From assembly GCF_001194135.2 (NCBI RefSeq), contig NC_068985.1, positions 41,936,980-41,997,728 on the forward strand: a stretch of 60,749 nucleotides of DNA. The letters are read 5' to 3'. The notes under the pieces were generated by a model. It saw only the letters and a program-made list of their open reading frames with translations. It was not told the origin of the DNA and did not search any database. Made by a program: the position numbers and the translations under genes. Numbering within the stretch: position 1 is the stretch's first letter; every line of letters begins with the position of its first letter. Below are positions 1 through 10,626 of the stretch, one piece after another. The DNA is from Octopus bimaculoides. Taxonomy: Eukaryota.

Positions 1-763
1 TGTTATATGGACTGTTAGATATGTAATTCGTCTGACGTTCCGTGTGTCATGTGGTTCGTCTGAGTTCATTGTTTCATTGTTGTTGTCTTGTGGGACTGTC
101 GTAGTAAAATGTCATTGATATATATATGGCGGACATGACTTTTGTTTATTCATAACGAAAATTGGGTGAGTGCGTTCTTTGTATGTAATTGAACAACAAA
201 TGTAATAATTAAACTGTATAACTCGTTATGTTATCTCTACGAGTCACCCGAGGGAAACATAACACAATCATAGTGCCAAGTTGATAAACAAGCCAAATTA
301 AAGGTTAATTAACCACATTAGAATTAAGTTAGGACTAACCACTAAAAAATATTCAAGATACAAAACGATTAAGAAAAATATAAATCTACAACAATGGACC
401 AATATTATAAATAAGTTTCATGTTGGGTTTGCTCAAATTAATATTTTAGTTTTTTACTCTTCAATTGCTTGATTCCTGCAAATTAAAGGATTAAATTGTA
501 TATGCAATTTCACCAGTATTTTAAAGAAATAAAAGTGATAATGTACACATGCAAGACTGTGCTCTTCAGAAGCAGGGTGGCTTGGGAACAAAATGAAGTT
601 TGACTGCTGGTCTATTTCTTGTCCTGATGGGATCATATGACTATGCTGACTCATATGACTTCATCAGCTTATATACATTACACCACTTAAAATACAAATT
701 ACTAAATGCAATGTCAAGCTATACCAAGATGAGGGTTTAGTGGTGTTACATGTATGCAAAAAC

Positions 764-3700
764 CAGTGATTCTCAAACTTTTCAGTCCTCTATAAAATGC
801 AGGATAATTAACATGGAAAAAGTACATTCGTACACCATATTTTCCGGACTATGACCCATACTGCCCATAAACCTGCAACCCTGTAAACGACAGCTTAATC
901 CACACAATAGCTCATTAGGATACCATAAATACACATGAAAATATGGGGAATCAATTGATCATTTGGTCACAAAACAAATGAGAAAATAAAACAGTCTGAA
1001 AATATCCCCAGCATCCTGTATCAACTGTGTAAGACCCATTTATGCCTATTTGGCAGAAAGAAACCGTAGGTCATACACCAAAAATTACAGTGGTTCTCAG
1101 GTTTTTGACATCACCTTCCCCTTTCACCATGTTTTGGGATGTTATTCCTCCCCATTGGAAGGTCATTCCTCATATTGATTATCTAAGAAGTGCATTTCAA
1201 CCAATTTAGCTGTTTTCGGCAGAAGAATTGCAATAGCATCCCAAAATGTATAGAAGTTTCTGCCAGTTGGACCACTAGTATGCACAGAAAACAACAATTT
1301 TAGTAGAAACATTGTCTTCTCCACCTCCCATGAAGGTTTACCATCCATTTTCTTGAATCCCTGATACATAACATGACAAAAAAAAAATTATATCAGAAAT
1401 TATTTATTCACAAAAGCAGACCCTCTGTCATTTTATTTACAGTAAAGTTTAGTGTGATGGATGTACTTGCTTTGCAGTCACCAGCTCTTCTATGTTTGGC
1501 TCTGTTTTGGAGAGGGTAACCCTCATATCTGGTGTGACACCCAGTCGATTTTGTGACTTTGTTTTGATGGCAAGGAGAGTGGAAAACACAGCCTCACACT
1601 CATAGGTGATTGGAAATGGCATCAGTACTTTAAGAGCCATCTTTGTGACATCAAGACATGACTGACATTTCAATCCAAAAGTCAGAACAGCACAGTTCAC
1701 GGAAGAAAAAAAAAAAAAAATTTGGACTGCCATCATTAACCGAATCAATGAACTGCTTTTGAATTAAATTTGTTTTCTGTAGACAGACCGCTAACAGAGA
1801 GTACAAACGGATTCCTGATAAAGTGTCAGTATTTGTCAAAGTCATGAAGATCATGAAAATAAAAAGATATTTCCCTACCAAGTATTGACACATGTTGTTT
1901 CATGAGCTCAACGATATTGTCATCGACTTGAAGTTTGTTTTCATCAATAAACATGTATAGTCAAGGAAATGATGCAAAGTTCTTTCTATCCAGCTTCGGA
2001 TGCCAAAGGTCAAGCTTCATTTTGAAAGCAGTTTTTCATAGTTATATCTTTCCCTTGCAGTGAAAGATTGGTGGCATTCATTGACTCGAATATGTCCACC
2101 AAAAATGCCAAGCAGATCAGAAAACGAACATCAGAGAATTTGGCATGCAAATCTGGCTTGGCATTTTATAAAAAATCATGGACTTATTTTCGTAGAAGAA
2201 AGACCCTCTTTATTGTTTTTCCTCTCAAAAGCCATCTCACATGTGAGTGCAACAGAAGTGCTTCAAATTCAGAATTGCTTTCTTTGCACAACTCAGCAAA
2301 CAGAAGGGAGATGAGTGCATTCACTTTGATAAAATACATCATGTAATTCAGAACATTTTTTAACTCATCTGGCGGAGTTTTCACCATTAGTGCTTGTCAA
2401 CGATGTGTACAGTGTACACCAATAGCACCTGGAGACTTTTCTTTCACAAAAGTTAAAAAATTGGTAAGGTAATCAAGCATTGCTGGAATGCATACTAATG
2501 ACATGTTCCCAGTTGATATCACGTGCCTCAAAAACTTTGTCCACTTTGTTAAATATTTCTCTTGTGGCTGTTTTGGTGCTGAGGGTTTCGCAAAACAGGA
2601 ATTCATCTTCCAGGTGAGTGTTATGTTCATAACATACATAGATGCAAAGTTGGGCTAAGTTGGCAACATCCATCATTTCATCAAGCTGGATCACGAAAAA
2701 GTTAAAAAGAGAGACCACCTGCAACAGAATGTTATCAGACAGCTCAGTTATTTGCTTGCTAACAGTCTCATATGAGAGAGAGAGACATGCTTCAGCATCT
2801 GATAACTTCCTAGCACATTCAATGTGGTATCTTTGCAACAAAGCAATATCAATGGTATCATGGGGCTTTTTGGCAACATCTATTTCCTTGAAACCTAAAA
2901 GGATGTTTTTAATGTCCAGCAAAGACATTCCTGCATGATCAAGTGTGGATTTTGTCAATCTGTCAGCTTCGTATCTGAAGAGGTCGATATCTCTATTGAC
3001 TGAACCGGGATGCCTCATTTCAAAGTGCCTCTTTAACTTGCTGAGCTTTAGTGAAATAGACACCAAAACCTTGGAGCAGAAGAAGACACTGTGGCTTCTC
3101 TTCTCTACCAGGCTTTATCACAGTAAAACCAAACTTCAAATAAGATTTGTCATATCTCCTTTTTGTCTTTGGAGGCATTGTAAAAAAAAGATAAAATTCA
3201 GTAAACAAAGTTAATATAATTATAGTGCATTTTTATTTTGCATTTATCATATACTACGGGTGTGCATATATGCCTTATTGTAGCCAGCTTTTGGGTGTAC
3301 TAATTAGCAATAAAGCTTACCTCTCACTATTAATGGTGGAAGAAAATCAAAGTATATGTGAGCATTGTTTTGTCCACTGATAAATCTCCATGAATTGATA
3401 ACCATTGAGAAGACAGTTCTGTCAGAACACATCACCATGAAAAACAGCTATGCCTTATAAAGCCCAGCTACCACGTGGAATGATAATGGGTGTCTGGCAA
3501 AGGGCAAGGTCATGCAGGAACATGCACCGGTGAGGATAATGACAACGAGAGACATGCAAACATGTAGACTGCAATAGCAGAGTGGTGAATCATGTGAGCG
3601 AGAATACCGACAGCAAATGCACAATCAATCGTTATACCCTCATATTTTCCATTGGCCAATCACACTTGTACTAAAAATGTAATTAGCAAATGAGCATGTA

Positions 3701-3825
3701 GGAGTTTTTGAGGTCAATAACAAAAAAGAATGATAACATGCATAAAATTGCTGTTTTCATGATACTTCGGTGTCCCTTCCAGTCCCTTTAAAATTGTTTC
3801 GTGGTTGCCAGTTTGAGAACCACTG
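764..3825 (-). mobile_element. hAT (Buster/Charlie-type) DNA transposon
   Basis: TIRs CAGTGATTCTCAAACT (764) and AGTTTGAGAACCACTG (3810-3825); a second TIR-like copy at 1088. Right flank ctttagac has the central TA of Buster targets; no matching left TSD. Confidence 0.8.
1449..3178 (-). pseudogene. Degraded Buster/ZBED-like hAT transposase
   Basis: Across several frames: MPPKTKRRYDKSYLKFGFT..EEKPQC (BED finger), QLDEMMDVANLAQL, LLLHSHVRWLLRGK, and C-terminal PFPITYECEAVFSTLLAIKTKSQNRL...QVHPSH*. Confidence 0.9.
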
Positions 3826-3880
3826 CTTTAGACACTTTCAGAAAAAGTCTAATTGTAATTGTTAGCAGAATAGGCCTTTA

Positions 3881-4091
3881 CCCTTCAGCATTTAAACTGA
3901 CCATATCCACTCTAAATATTCTATCCATTTTATGTTCAAACTGACCAGATCAACTACTTACATCCACCCTACACTGTCATCCTAAAAATAAACGATCACA
4001 TCATCAAAATCTTGAAGCTACAAAGTAATGTATAATTAATTCTAAACAACATGAATAAAAAAGCATTTAGAGTAATTTGAATACTGAAAGG
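3881..4091 (+). mobile_element. About 210-bp piggyBac-type MITE (CCCT...AGGG family)
   Basis: Same sequence family as 6972-7183 and 60654-60749; ends degenerate. Confidence 0.65.
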
Positions 4092-4207
4092 TTACGATAA
4101 AAGTTGACATCAGTTTTACTAAGGTTGACTTCTTAGCTGCTCCACAAAACATAAAAGCAGGTAGTTATAAGGCTTTCTACAAACCCAATAAACAATTATA
4201 AAACACA

Positions 4208-4605
4208 TCATCATCATCATCATTTAGCATCTGCTTTCCATGCTGGCATGGGTTAGACAGTTTAACTGAAACTGGTAAGCTAGAGAACTGCACCAGATTC
4301 CAGCCTGATTTGGCACGATTTCTACAGCTGGATACCCTTCCTAATGCCAACCACTCCAAGAGTGTAATGGATGCTTTTTACATGCCACTGGTATGGGTAC
4401 CAGTTACATGACACTGGCATTGGCCACAACTATGATTTCACTTGGCTTGACAAGTCTTCTCAAGCAAGGCATATTGCCAAAGATCTTGGTCACTCGGCAT
4501 CGTCTCTGTGAGACCCAACGTTCGAAAATCATGCTTCACCATCTCATCCCATGTCTTCCTTGGTCTACCTCTTCCATAAGTTCCCTCCACAGTTAGAGAT
4601 CAGCA
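4208..4605 (-). mobile_element. 5'-truncated RTE LINE 3' end with (GAT)n tail
   Basis: Reverse strand encodes GRGRPRKTWDEMVKHD-like C-terminus followed by the family 3' UTR and (GAT)n. Confidence 0.8.
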
Positions 4606-4639
4606 TCACTATATCATTATATAAATATAATACACCTTA

Positions 4640-4985
4640 AAAACATTTTCAGAAACTTCATCTCCAATATGAATAATAGAATCACCAATCCATCTTCTAA
4701 AGACATTCTTGACAAGGCAACCACTCACTACTAAATGAAGGCTTAGCTAAACAGCAGCTTCAAGGAACACCTCTGCTGTACACCACCTACCCAAACCAAA
4801 GATTTTGGGATAGACCCCACACCTTGTTTCATTATAAATGTTAAAACTAATATAACGAAGAAATACCTGGTACTTTTAGACAAACATTTCCCAGCATAAC
4901 ACCAATATCATAACACTTTTAACCAATATAATATAAATATTGGTAACTACTGTGCTCCCAATATGAAATCAATAACATCCCAAAC
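4640..4985 (+). mobile_element. Penelope-like element ORF fragment
   Basis: VKTNITKKYLVLLDKHFP..HNTFNQ..APNMKSI resembles the PLE KTNIGKKFL.LLDKHFP...IFN...SYSCMPN motif. Confidence 0.7.
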
Positions 4986-5201
4986 CATGATAGTTGTAGA
5001 CCAGGATGTTCATGTAGAAAGAAAGAATGATGCCTTTTAGGACATGTATGCAACATCACACGTTGTTTAGAGGCATTCTTACAAGAAAAAAAAAAAAAAA
5101 AAAGAACATCTTGAATTGTTTAAAATATTGTATAAATGATCAAAATTGAATTAAGAAGGGCATCTATTAAGTAATTTGTTTCTAATGTTGTTTTGCTTCA
5201 T

Positions 5202-5561
5202 AGGTGCAGGAGTGGCTGTATGGTAAGTAACTTGCTTACCAACCACATAGTTGCAGGTCCAGTCCCACTGCATGGCAACTTGGGCAAGTGCCTTCTGCTA
5301 TAGCCTTGGGCTGACTAAAGCCTTGTGAGTGAATTTAGTAGACAGAAACTGAAAGAAGCCCATTGTATGTGTGTTTGTGTTTGTTCCCCCACCATCGCTT
5401 GACAACCAATGTTGGTGTTTACATCCCTGTAACTTAGTGGCTCGGCAAAATAGACTGATAGGGTAAGTACTAGGCCTACAAAGAATAAGTCCTGGGGTCG
5501 ATTTGTCTTACTAAAGGCAGTGCTCCAGCATGGCCACAGTCAAGTGAGTGAAACAAGTAAT
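5202..5561 (+). mobile_element. tRNA-derived SINE family A, full length
   Basis: Head GGAGTGGCTGT.TGG, B-box-like GGT.CAGTCCC, internal (TG)n, tail TGAAACAAGTAA; many copies in the window. Confidence 0.85.
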
Positions 5562-5889
5562 ATATGTATTAAAATTAAGGCTATTATTTTAAAGCAAGTT
5601 TAAGAATAACAGCAGAACATTCACTGGTAGAATGATTCAGTATTAAGAATAGACACAAATTTATCGTAAAGTTCAAGTTGACTGGGACAGGTTGAATAAA
5701 CCGATTAGTAAAACTTGAATTCAACTTGAACTTTGCAATATGTGTGTGTGTGTGTGTGTATACACACCCACACACATATACATATACCAAAATTAATAAT
5801 GATAATAATCGATGGATGGAATTTATAATTTTAATTCATCGTTGCATGCGTTTCCACAAATCACATGTTTCTTACAATTACAGCCTGTA

Positions 5890-6078
5890 TTCCTGGGATG
5901 GTTACAGTGCGTAGTATCCATGGATATTGGGTGGATCATATTCCTGCAGTCATCTCTTCAAGGGATATGACTCATGCGTTCATTTACCCAGGCCATATTG
6001 CCTGAGGAAATGAACACATGAATATGATCCATCCAATGTCCGTAGATATGATGGACTGTACTGTAATCATCCCAACAA
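5890..6078. mobile_element. Palindromic MITE-like foldback element
   Basis: Nested inverted arms 5894-5910/6058-6074, 5925-5943/6020-6038 and an inner hairpin; TA on both sides. Confidence 0.6.
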
Positions 6079-6299
6079 TATGGACTATGATCATAAGGAA
6101 CATAGTGATGCATTAAAATATTTATAAATTCCATCCATGATAATTATTACCACATTATATTGACACAGCTCAGCACAACCCCAAAAATCTGCTATTCCCA
6201 GCTTGTATCATTAGGCTGAAGGTGTGATAATAAAATAGGAACTTTTATATGCATATTCAAAAACATTTCCCATAAACTAACTTAAAGAACACATATATC

Positions 6300-6313
6300 A
6301 ATATATATATGTC

Positions 6314-6354
<41 letters not shown>

Positions 6355-6365
6355 ANNNNNNNNNN

Positions 6366-6414
<49 letters not shown>

Positions 6415-6425
6415 AGCTATATATA
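6300..6425. repeat. (TA)n/(TG)n microsatellite around a short gap
   Basis: Direct reading. Confidence 0.95.
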
Positions 6426-6494
6426 GATACTAGCTGATATACCTAGTAATTCCTGGGAAAGTGGAGCTTATCCATTCTCATAATTGTTTCTGCT

Positions 6495-6680
6495 TGACAA
6501 CTGGTGTTACTGTGTTTACATCGCCAAAACATAGTGGTTTAGCAAAAGAGACCATAGAATAAGTACCAGGTTTATAAAAAAAAATAAATAAGCACTGGGG
6601 TCAATTCGTTCAACGAAAATTCTTCAAGGTCAGCATGGCTGCAACCATTAAGACTGAAACAAGTAAAAGATAAAGATAGA
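6495..6680 (+). mobile_element. SINE family A, 3' half
   Basis: GCTTGACAACTGGTG...GACTGAAACAAGTAAAAGATA. Confidence 0.75.
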
Positions 6681-6971
6681 GATATGACAATTTTGATGTT
6701 TATTTAAAAACCTTAGGTGTAACTAGATGACTGGACATTATGAAACAGTCAGAGCAATTAAAAATGAATATATGAATAGTTTATAGAAGAAAAGCCGGAA
6801 TGAAAATGAAACAAAAAAAAAAAAGAATTTAAACACCAAGTAGGTAAAGCTGCAATATGCTGTCTTAACAGAAGCACTGGAGAGTTTTGGCAAAACAAGA
6901 AGCTCCAGGCTTTGGTTTTGTTGTATTTGAAGGCCATCTTCTGCTATCAACTTTAGTTAAAAGAATATTAA

Positions 6972-7183
6972 CCCTTTAGGATTTAAACTGGCCATATTCA
7001 ACTGAAATATTCTACTTGTTTTATGTTCAAACTGGCCTGATATGGTCTCTCAAACATATCCTACAATGTCATTCTAAAGATATATAATTGCATCATCAAA
7101 ATCTCAAACCTACGAGGTAATACATGATTAATTCAAAATAATGTTTATAAATAGCATTACATTTGATAAAATAATCTGAAGGG
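6972..7183 (+). mobile_element. piggyBac-type MITE with TTAA TSD
   Basis: TTAA|CCCTTT...AAGGG|TTAA. Confidence 0.8.
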
Positions 7184-7189
7184 TTAATG

Positions 7190-7540
7190 AACTCAGAGAA
7201 AATTCAGCTGATAAGATTGCACGCTATGAATCAGAAGTGAAAGGTTTGTGTGATGATTTCACCTCATATTATTCTGACACTTCCAAATATTTACATAAGA
7301 CCCATTTCAATATATTGTAGAAAGGTTCATGTGCATGTCAGAATTAGCGAACAGTTTTGAAATTGATGTGGACAGTATTAAACTTATAATATCATTTTAC
7401 AAAGGTGATATTGACCAGAAATTAGTAAACAAGTGTTATATCAAAGAATGTTTGCACCTTAGAAAAGCTCAGGACACATAAGAAAAGATGTTGTCAAGAA
7501 TGCAATGTACAGAAGTTTTTCAGCTTATTTGTAAGCAACA
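7190..7540 (+). pseudogene. Possible hAT transposase fragment
   Basis: FYKGDIDQKLVNKCYIKECL resembles hAT C-terminal FY..DID..LVNEC..FK.YL; heavily decayed. Confidence 0.4.
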
Positions 7541-7559
7541 CCTAATTGAACAGTTCCCT

Positions 7560-7780
7560 AATATTGGTTTCAAATTTTAGCACAAGGCAACCAATTTCGG
7601 AGGAAGGTGTAAGTCAATCACATCAGCCTCAGCTCTCAACTGGAACTTATTTTATTGACCCTGAAAAAATGAAAGGCTAAGTTGACATTGGCAGAATTTG
7701 AGCCCAGAATGTAAAGACAGATGAAATGTCACTGAGGATTTTGCCTGGCACAGTAACGATTCTGTTCGCTTTACCACCTT
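7560..7780 (-). mobile_element. tRNA-derived SINE family B (Deu/Nin-domain-like core)
   Basis: Reverse complement carries the GCCTTTCAT..GGGTCAATAAAATAAGT.CCAG core and ends ...AAAATTTGAAACCAATATT. Confidence 0.8.
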
Positions 7781-8734
7781 AGAGTTACCTAATATTACTG
7801 ATATGTTTAAGGTGTACTTGACAATATCTATCATGAGCTGTGAAATAGGAAAAAAAAAATTTTCAAACCTATCCTTTATAAAGAACAAATGTCAATCGTG
7901 ACTGAAAAGCACTAAAATTCTTTATGTATAGTGTTTCCAGAAAATGATAGGATTTTTTATAACAAAACTGTGCGTGAATACATTGCTAGAAACAAAGAGT
8001 ATATTGTAAAATATGCTTCCTATAGCATATATTACACCATTAACACTATTTGACATACATCCCATGAAATAATATAAGTAAACAAATAGTGGTATTCTAA
8101 TCTTTTGCGTGTACAATGTTAATTTCATGTCATGTGCCATTTTCCCAAAATCCTCTTTCATTTGATGAAGATATTTTAAACTCATTGCATTTCTGATCTT
8201 TCTGATACCTAAGGATGGTTATCGATGTGTTCGAGCCTTTTCTCAAACGTATTTCAAATGTATTTCCAAAGAATGAAAAAGCAAAGTTACTTCACTTTGT
8301 CTTACTCGTTTTGCCCCACCTAAATTTGTGTTTTGCATGCTCAAAGAGAACAAGGATAATTTTCTGAAACAGTGTTCTGAATATGCTTTAGTGTTTCTAA
8401 TGCATTTAGAGAAGGTCATTTGCTTAGCTGACATAGCATTTGCAAAGTATTGAACATTTGTAAAAAACAAAAAACAAAAGAAATTTTTCTCAAAGTAAAA
8501 ATTGCTATAAATATTACTCATTATGCCCCACCCATCCCTACCCAAAATCTGAGATTGTCCTCCACCACAAAAATAAAAACACTCTAAAGTGGCTAAAAAA
8601 ATTATAAAATATCCAACTGTAATTTATGCCATTTTTTCCCAACATTTTCATTCAAGTTAGTTGACAAGCCTGAAGGAGTGACTTCACTTGGTTGTATAGG
8701 TGATCGAACAAGAAATACTGAATACAACTATCTA

Positions 8735-8968
8735 AAAGTATTCCTGAGGAGAGATGTCGAGCAACCCAAAACTTTTGTCTTGCAGTTTCCCCAGGTTCCG
8801 ACCTTGTGGGTGTTTGTATACAAAGTGGGATCATCTAGATCGGTGAAATGCAGTCTATTGCTATGCATATTATTTATATTATTTACATTTGACAGATATT
8901 TGTCCTCATCTTGTTTGTTGTTAACACAACGTTTCGGCTGATATACCCTCCAGCCTTCATCAGGTGTC

Positions 8969-9002
<34 letters not shown>

Positions 9003-9185
9003 AGTCACATCGAAAAATACCTCAGGAATGAGAACCCAGGTTCAAAATTTCCCCAAGACACCAGACGAAGGCTGGAGGGTATATCAGCCAAAACGTTGTG
9101 TTAACAACAAACAAGATGAGGACAAATATCCGTCAAAAGTAAATAATGTACATAATTCCTCATCTCTTAAATATAGAACTGTATT
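8735..9185. mobile_element. Inverted pair of Penelope pseudo-LTR fragments around an (ATT)n tract
   Basis: 8870-8970 (minus) and 9050-9180 (plus) are near-identical inverted copies; (ATT)n at 8970-9000. Confidence 0.8.
8923..8968 (-). ncRNA. Minimal type I hammerhead ribozyme (Penelope-associated)
   Basis: GACAC-CUGAUGA-aGGCUG..CAGCC-GAAA-C/GUU-GUGUU: intact core, 5-bp stems I and II, palindromic stem III AACGUU. Confidence 0.7.
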
Positions 9186-10272
9186 ATTATTATGCATGTT
9201 CTAATGATTGCACAGTTGATTATATAGGCAGGCCACACGTTACTCTGTAAATGCATTTCAAGGAGTAGTCTTGTATATTTTCGAATAAGAACGTAAACAA
9301 GCCTGATTACTTCTACATTGAATTCGATTGCTGTTTCTTGGTGGACAAGAAGAAGTTTTCTAGATTGAGGAGTCGAAAGTCTACTAAAGAAAGTATTACT
9401 GATATTTCCTTTGAAAGAATATTTCAACTCGTTGATCTAGAGGGTCTCTTCTGGGTCATCACGCCCAGAGTGACAAATAATAGTACTTGTAAATAAATAA
9501 ATAAATAATAGTACTTGTAGCAAATAGTTTATGTCACTACTGTAATAGATCAAACTATATATACACAGTTATATAATCGATCGAGATTGAGGAGTCGAAA
9601 GTATTACTAATATTTCCTTTAAAAGGATATTTCAACTCGTTGATCTCGAGGGTCCCTCCTGGGTCAGCAAACGTTTGAAACGTTAGTGCTTTTCATCTTT
9701 AAAAAAAAAAACCTGATGACTTTTGTGCTTGCTCTGTATTCTAACATACTTTTTCTATTCGTTTGAGTTTACGACAATAATATGGAGTGCCTTTCCGAAC
9801 GGTCATCCGGTCCTTTACCTGTAGGCTGTAACATTAGGGAGACTTGACAGTTATTTCTAGCATATCTAATGTCTCCATAAAGGCTCTTTCACGAGTTCAA
9901 CGTACACAACAAATGGGTGTGTTAGAGCATGATGAAACTGCGATATATTCGTAAACAGAGACACACACACTAACACACAGAGCCAGTAAAACAAAAAGAG
10001 AAAGGTAGGTGTCAAAATAATTTAAACATAAAATGGATTGAGTAACAGACGAGAGAGAAAATAGAAAGAATAGATCAATAAAGAGGCAGTCAAGGAAAAC
10101 AATGATAAAGATAAAACCGAGAGTTAGATAAATATACAAAACAGCGAAAGAATCAGAACGGTTGCACATACAGAATCGAAGGTGTATGTTTACGAGAGGG
10201 TTAACAAGGAGTAGAGACTGGAAAAGAAAATGTATATGATAGATGAAGGAGGGAGACAGAATATATACTCAC

Positions 10273-10386
10273 ATCATCGATTTTCTTTCGTAATATATAG
10301 CTAAAAAGTGGGAACATACCACCACCAATTGCCGCTATAACGAACCCTGAAACAAGTAATCCTATTACTGGTTTGGTAAACAACAT
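10273..10386 (-). CDS. Probable first coding exon of a CD36/scavenger receptor class B family gene (MLFTKPVIGLLVSGFVIAAIGGGMFPLFSYILRKKIDD)
   Basis: ttcaagATG context; 38 codons then a phase-0 donor GAT|gtgagt. Gapless match to the CD36 N-terminal TM ([25 protein letters not shown]), whose exon also ends there in phase 0. No later exons found in the window. Confidence 0.6.
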
Positions 10387-10626
10387 CTTGAAAGATGTGA
10401 TGTGATTAGGAGACAACTGTAAGTAGTTGACAACCAACCGAGTAAAGATTATAACTATAGAGGGTCTGCGGGTTTAAGTCAACAAGGGAGATAACTCTAA
10501 GAGGAGAGAGAGAGAGAGATGGATGATGTGTGTGCGTGTGAGACAAATGAAAGAGTGTAGCACACAACACACACGGGACGAATTACATATATTTTTAATA
10601 ACAGTTTGACTCAGCTTCGTCTGACT

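Noticed and set aside
8216-8370. Plus-strand about 50-aa frame MVIDVFEPFLKRISNVFPK..
   Set aside because: No recognisable family or splice context.
10273-10420. ABCB/P-glycoprotein TM1 reading of the same exon (G..AAI.GG..P...I.D spacing also fits)
   Set aside because: Met context and the exact phase-0 boundary fit CD36 better and no other ABC exons are visible; not fully excluded.
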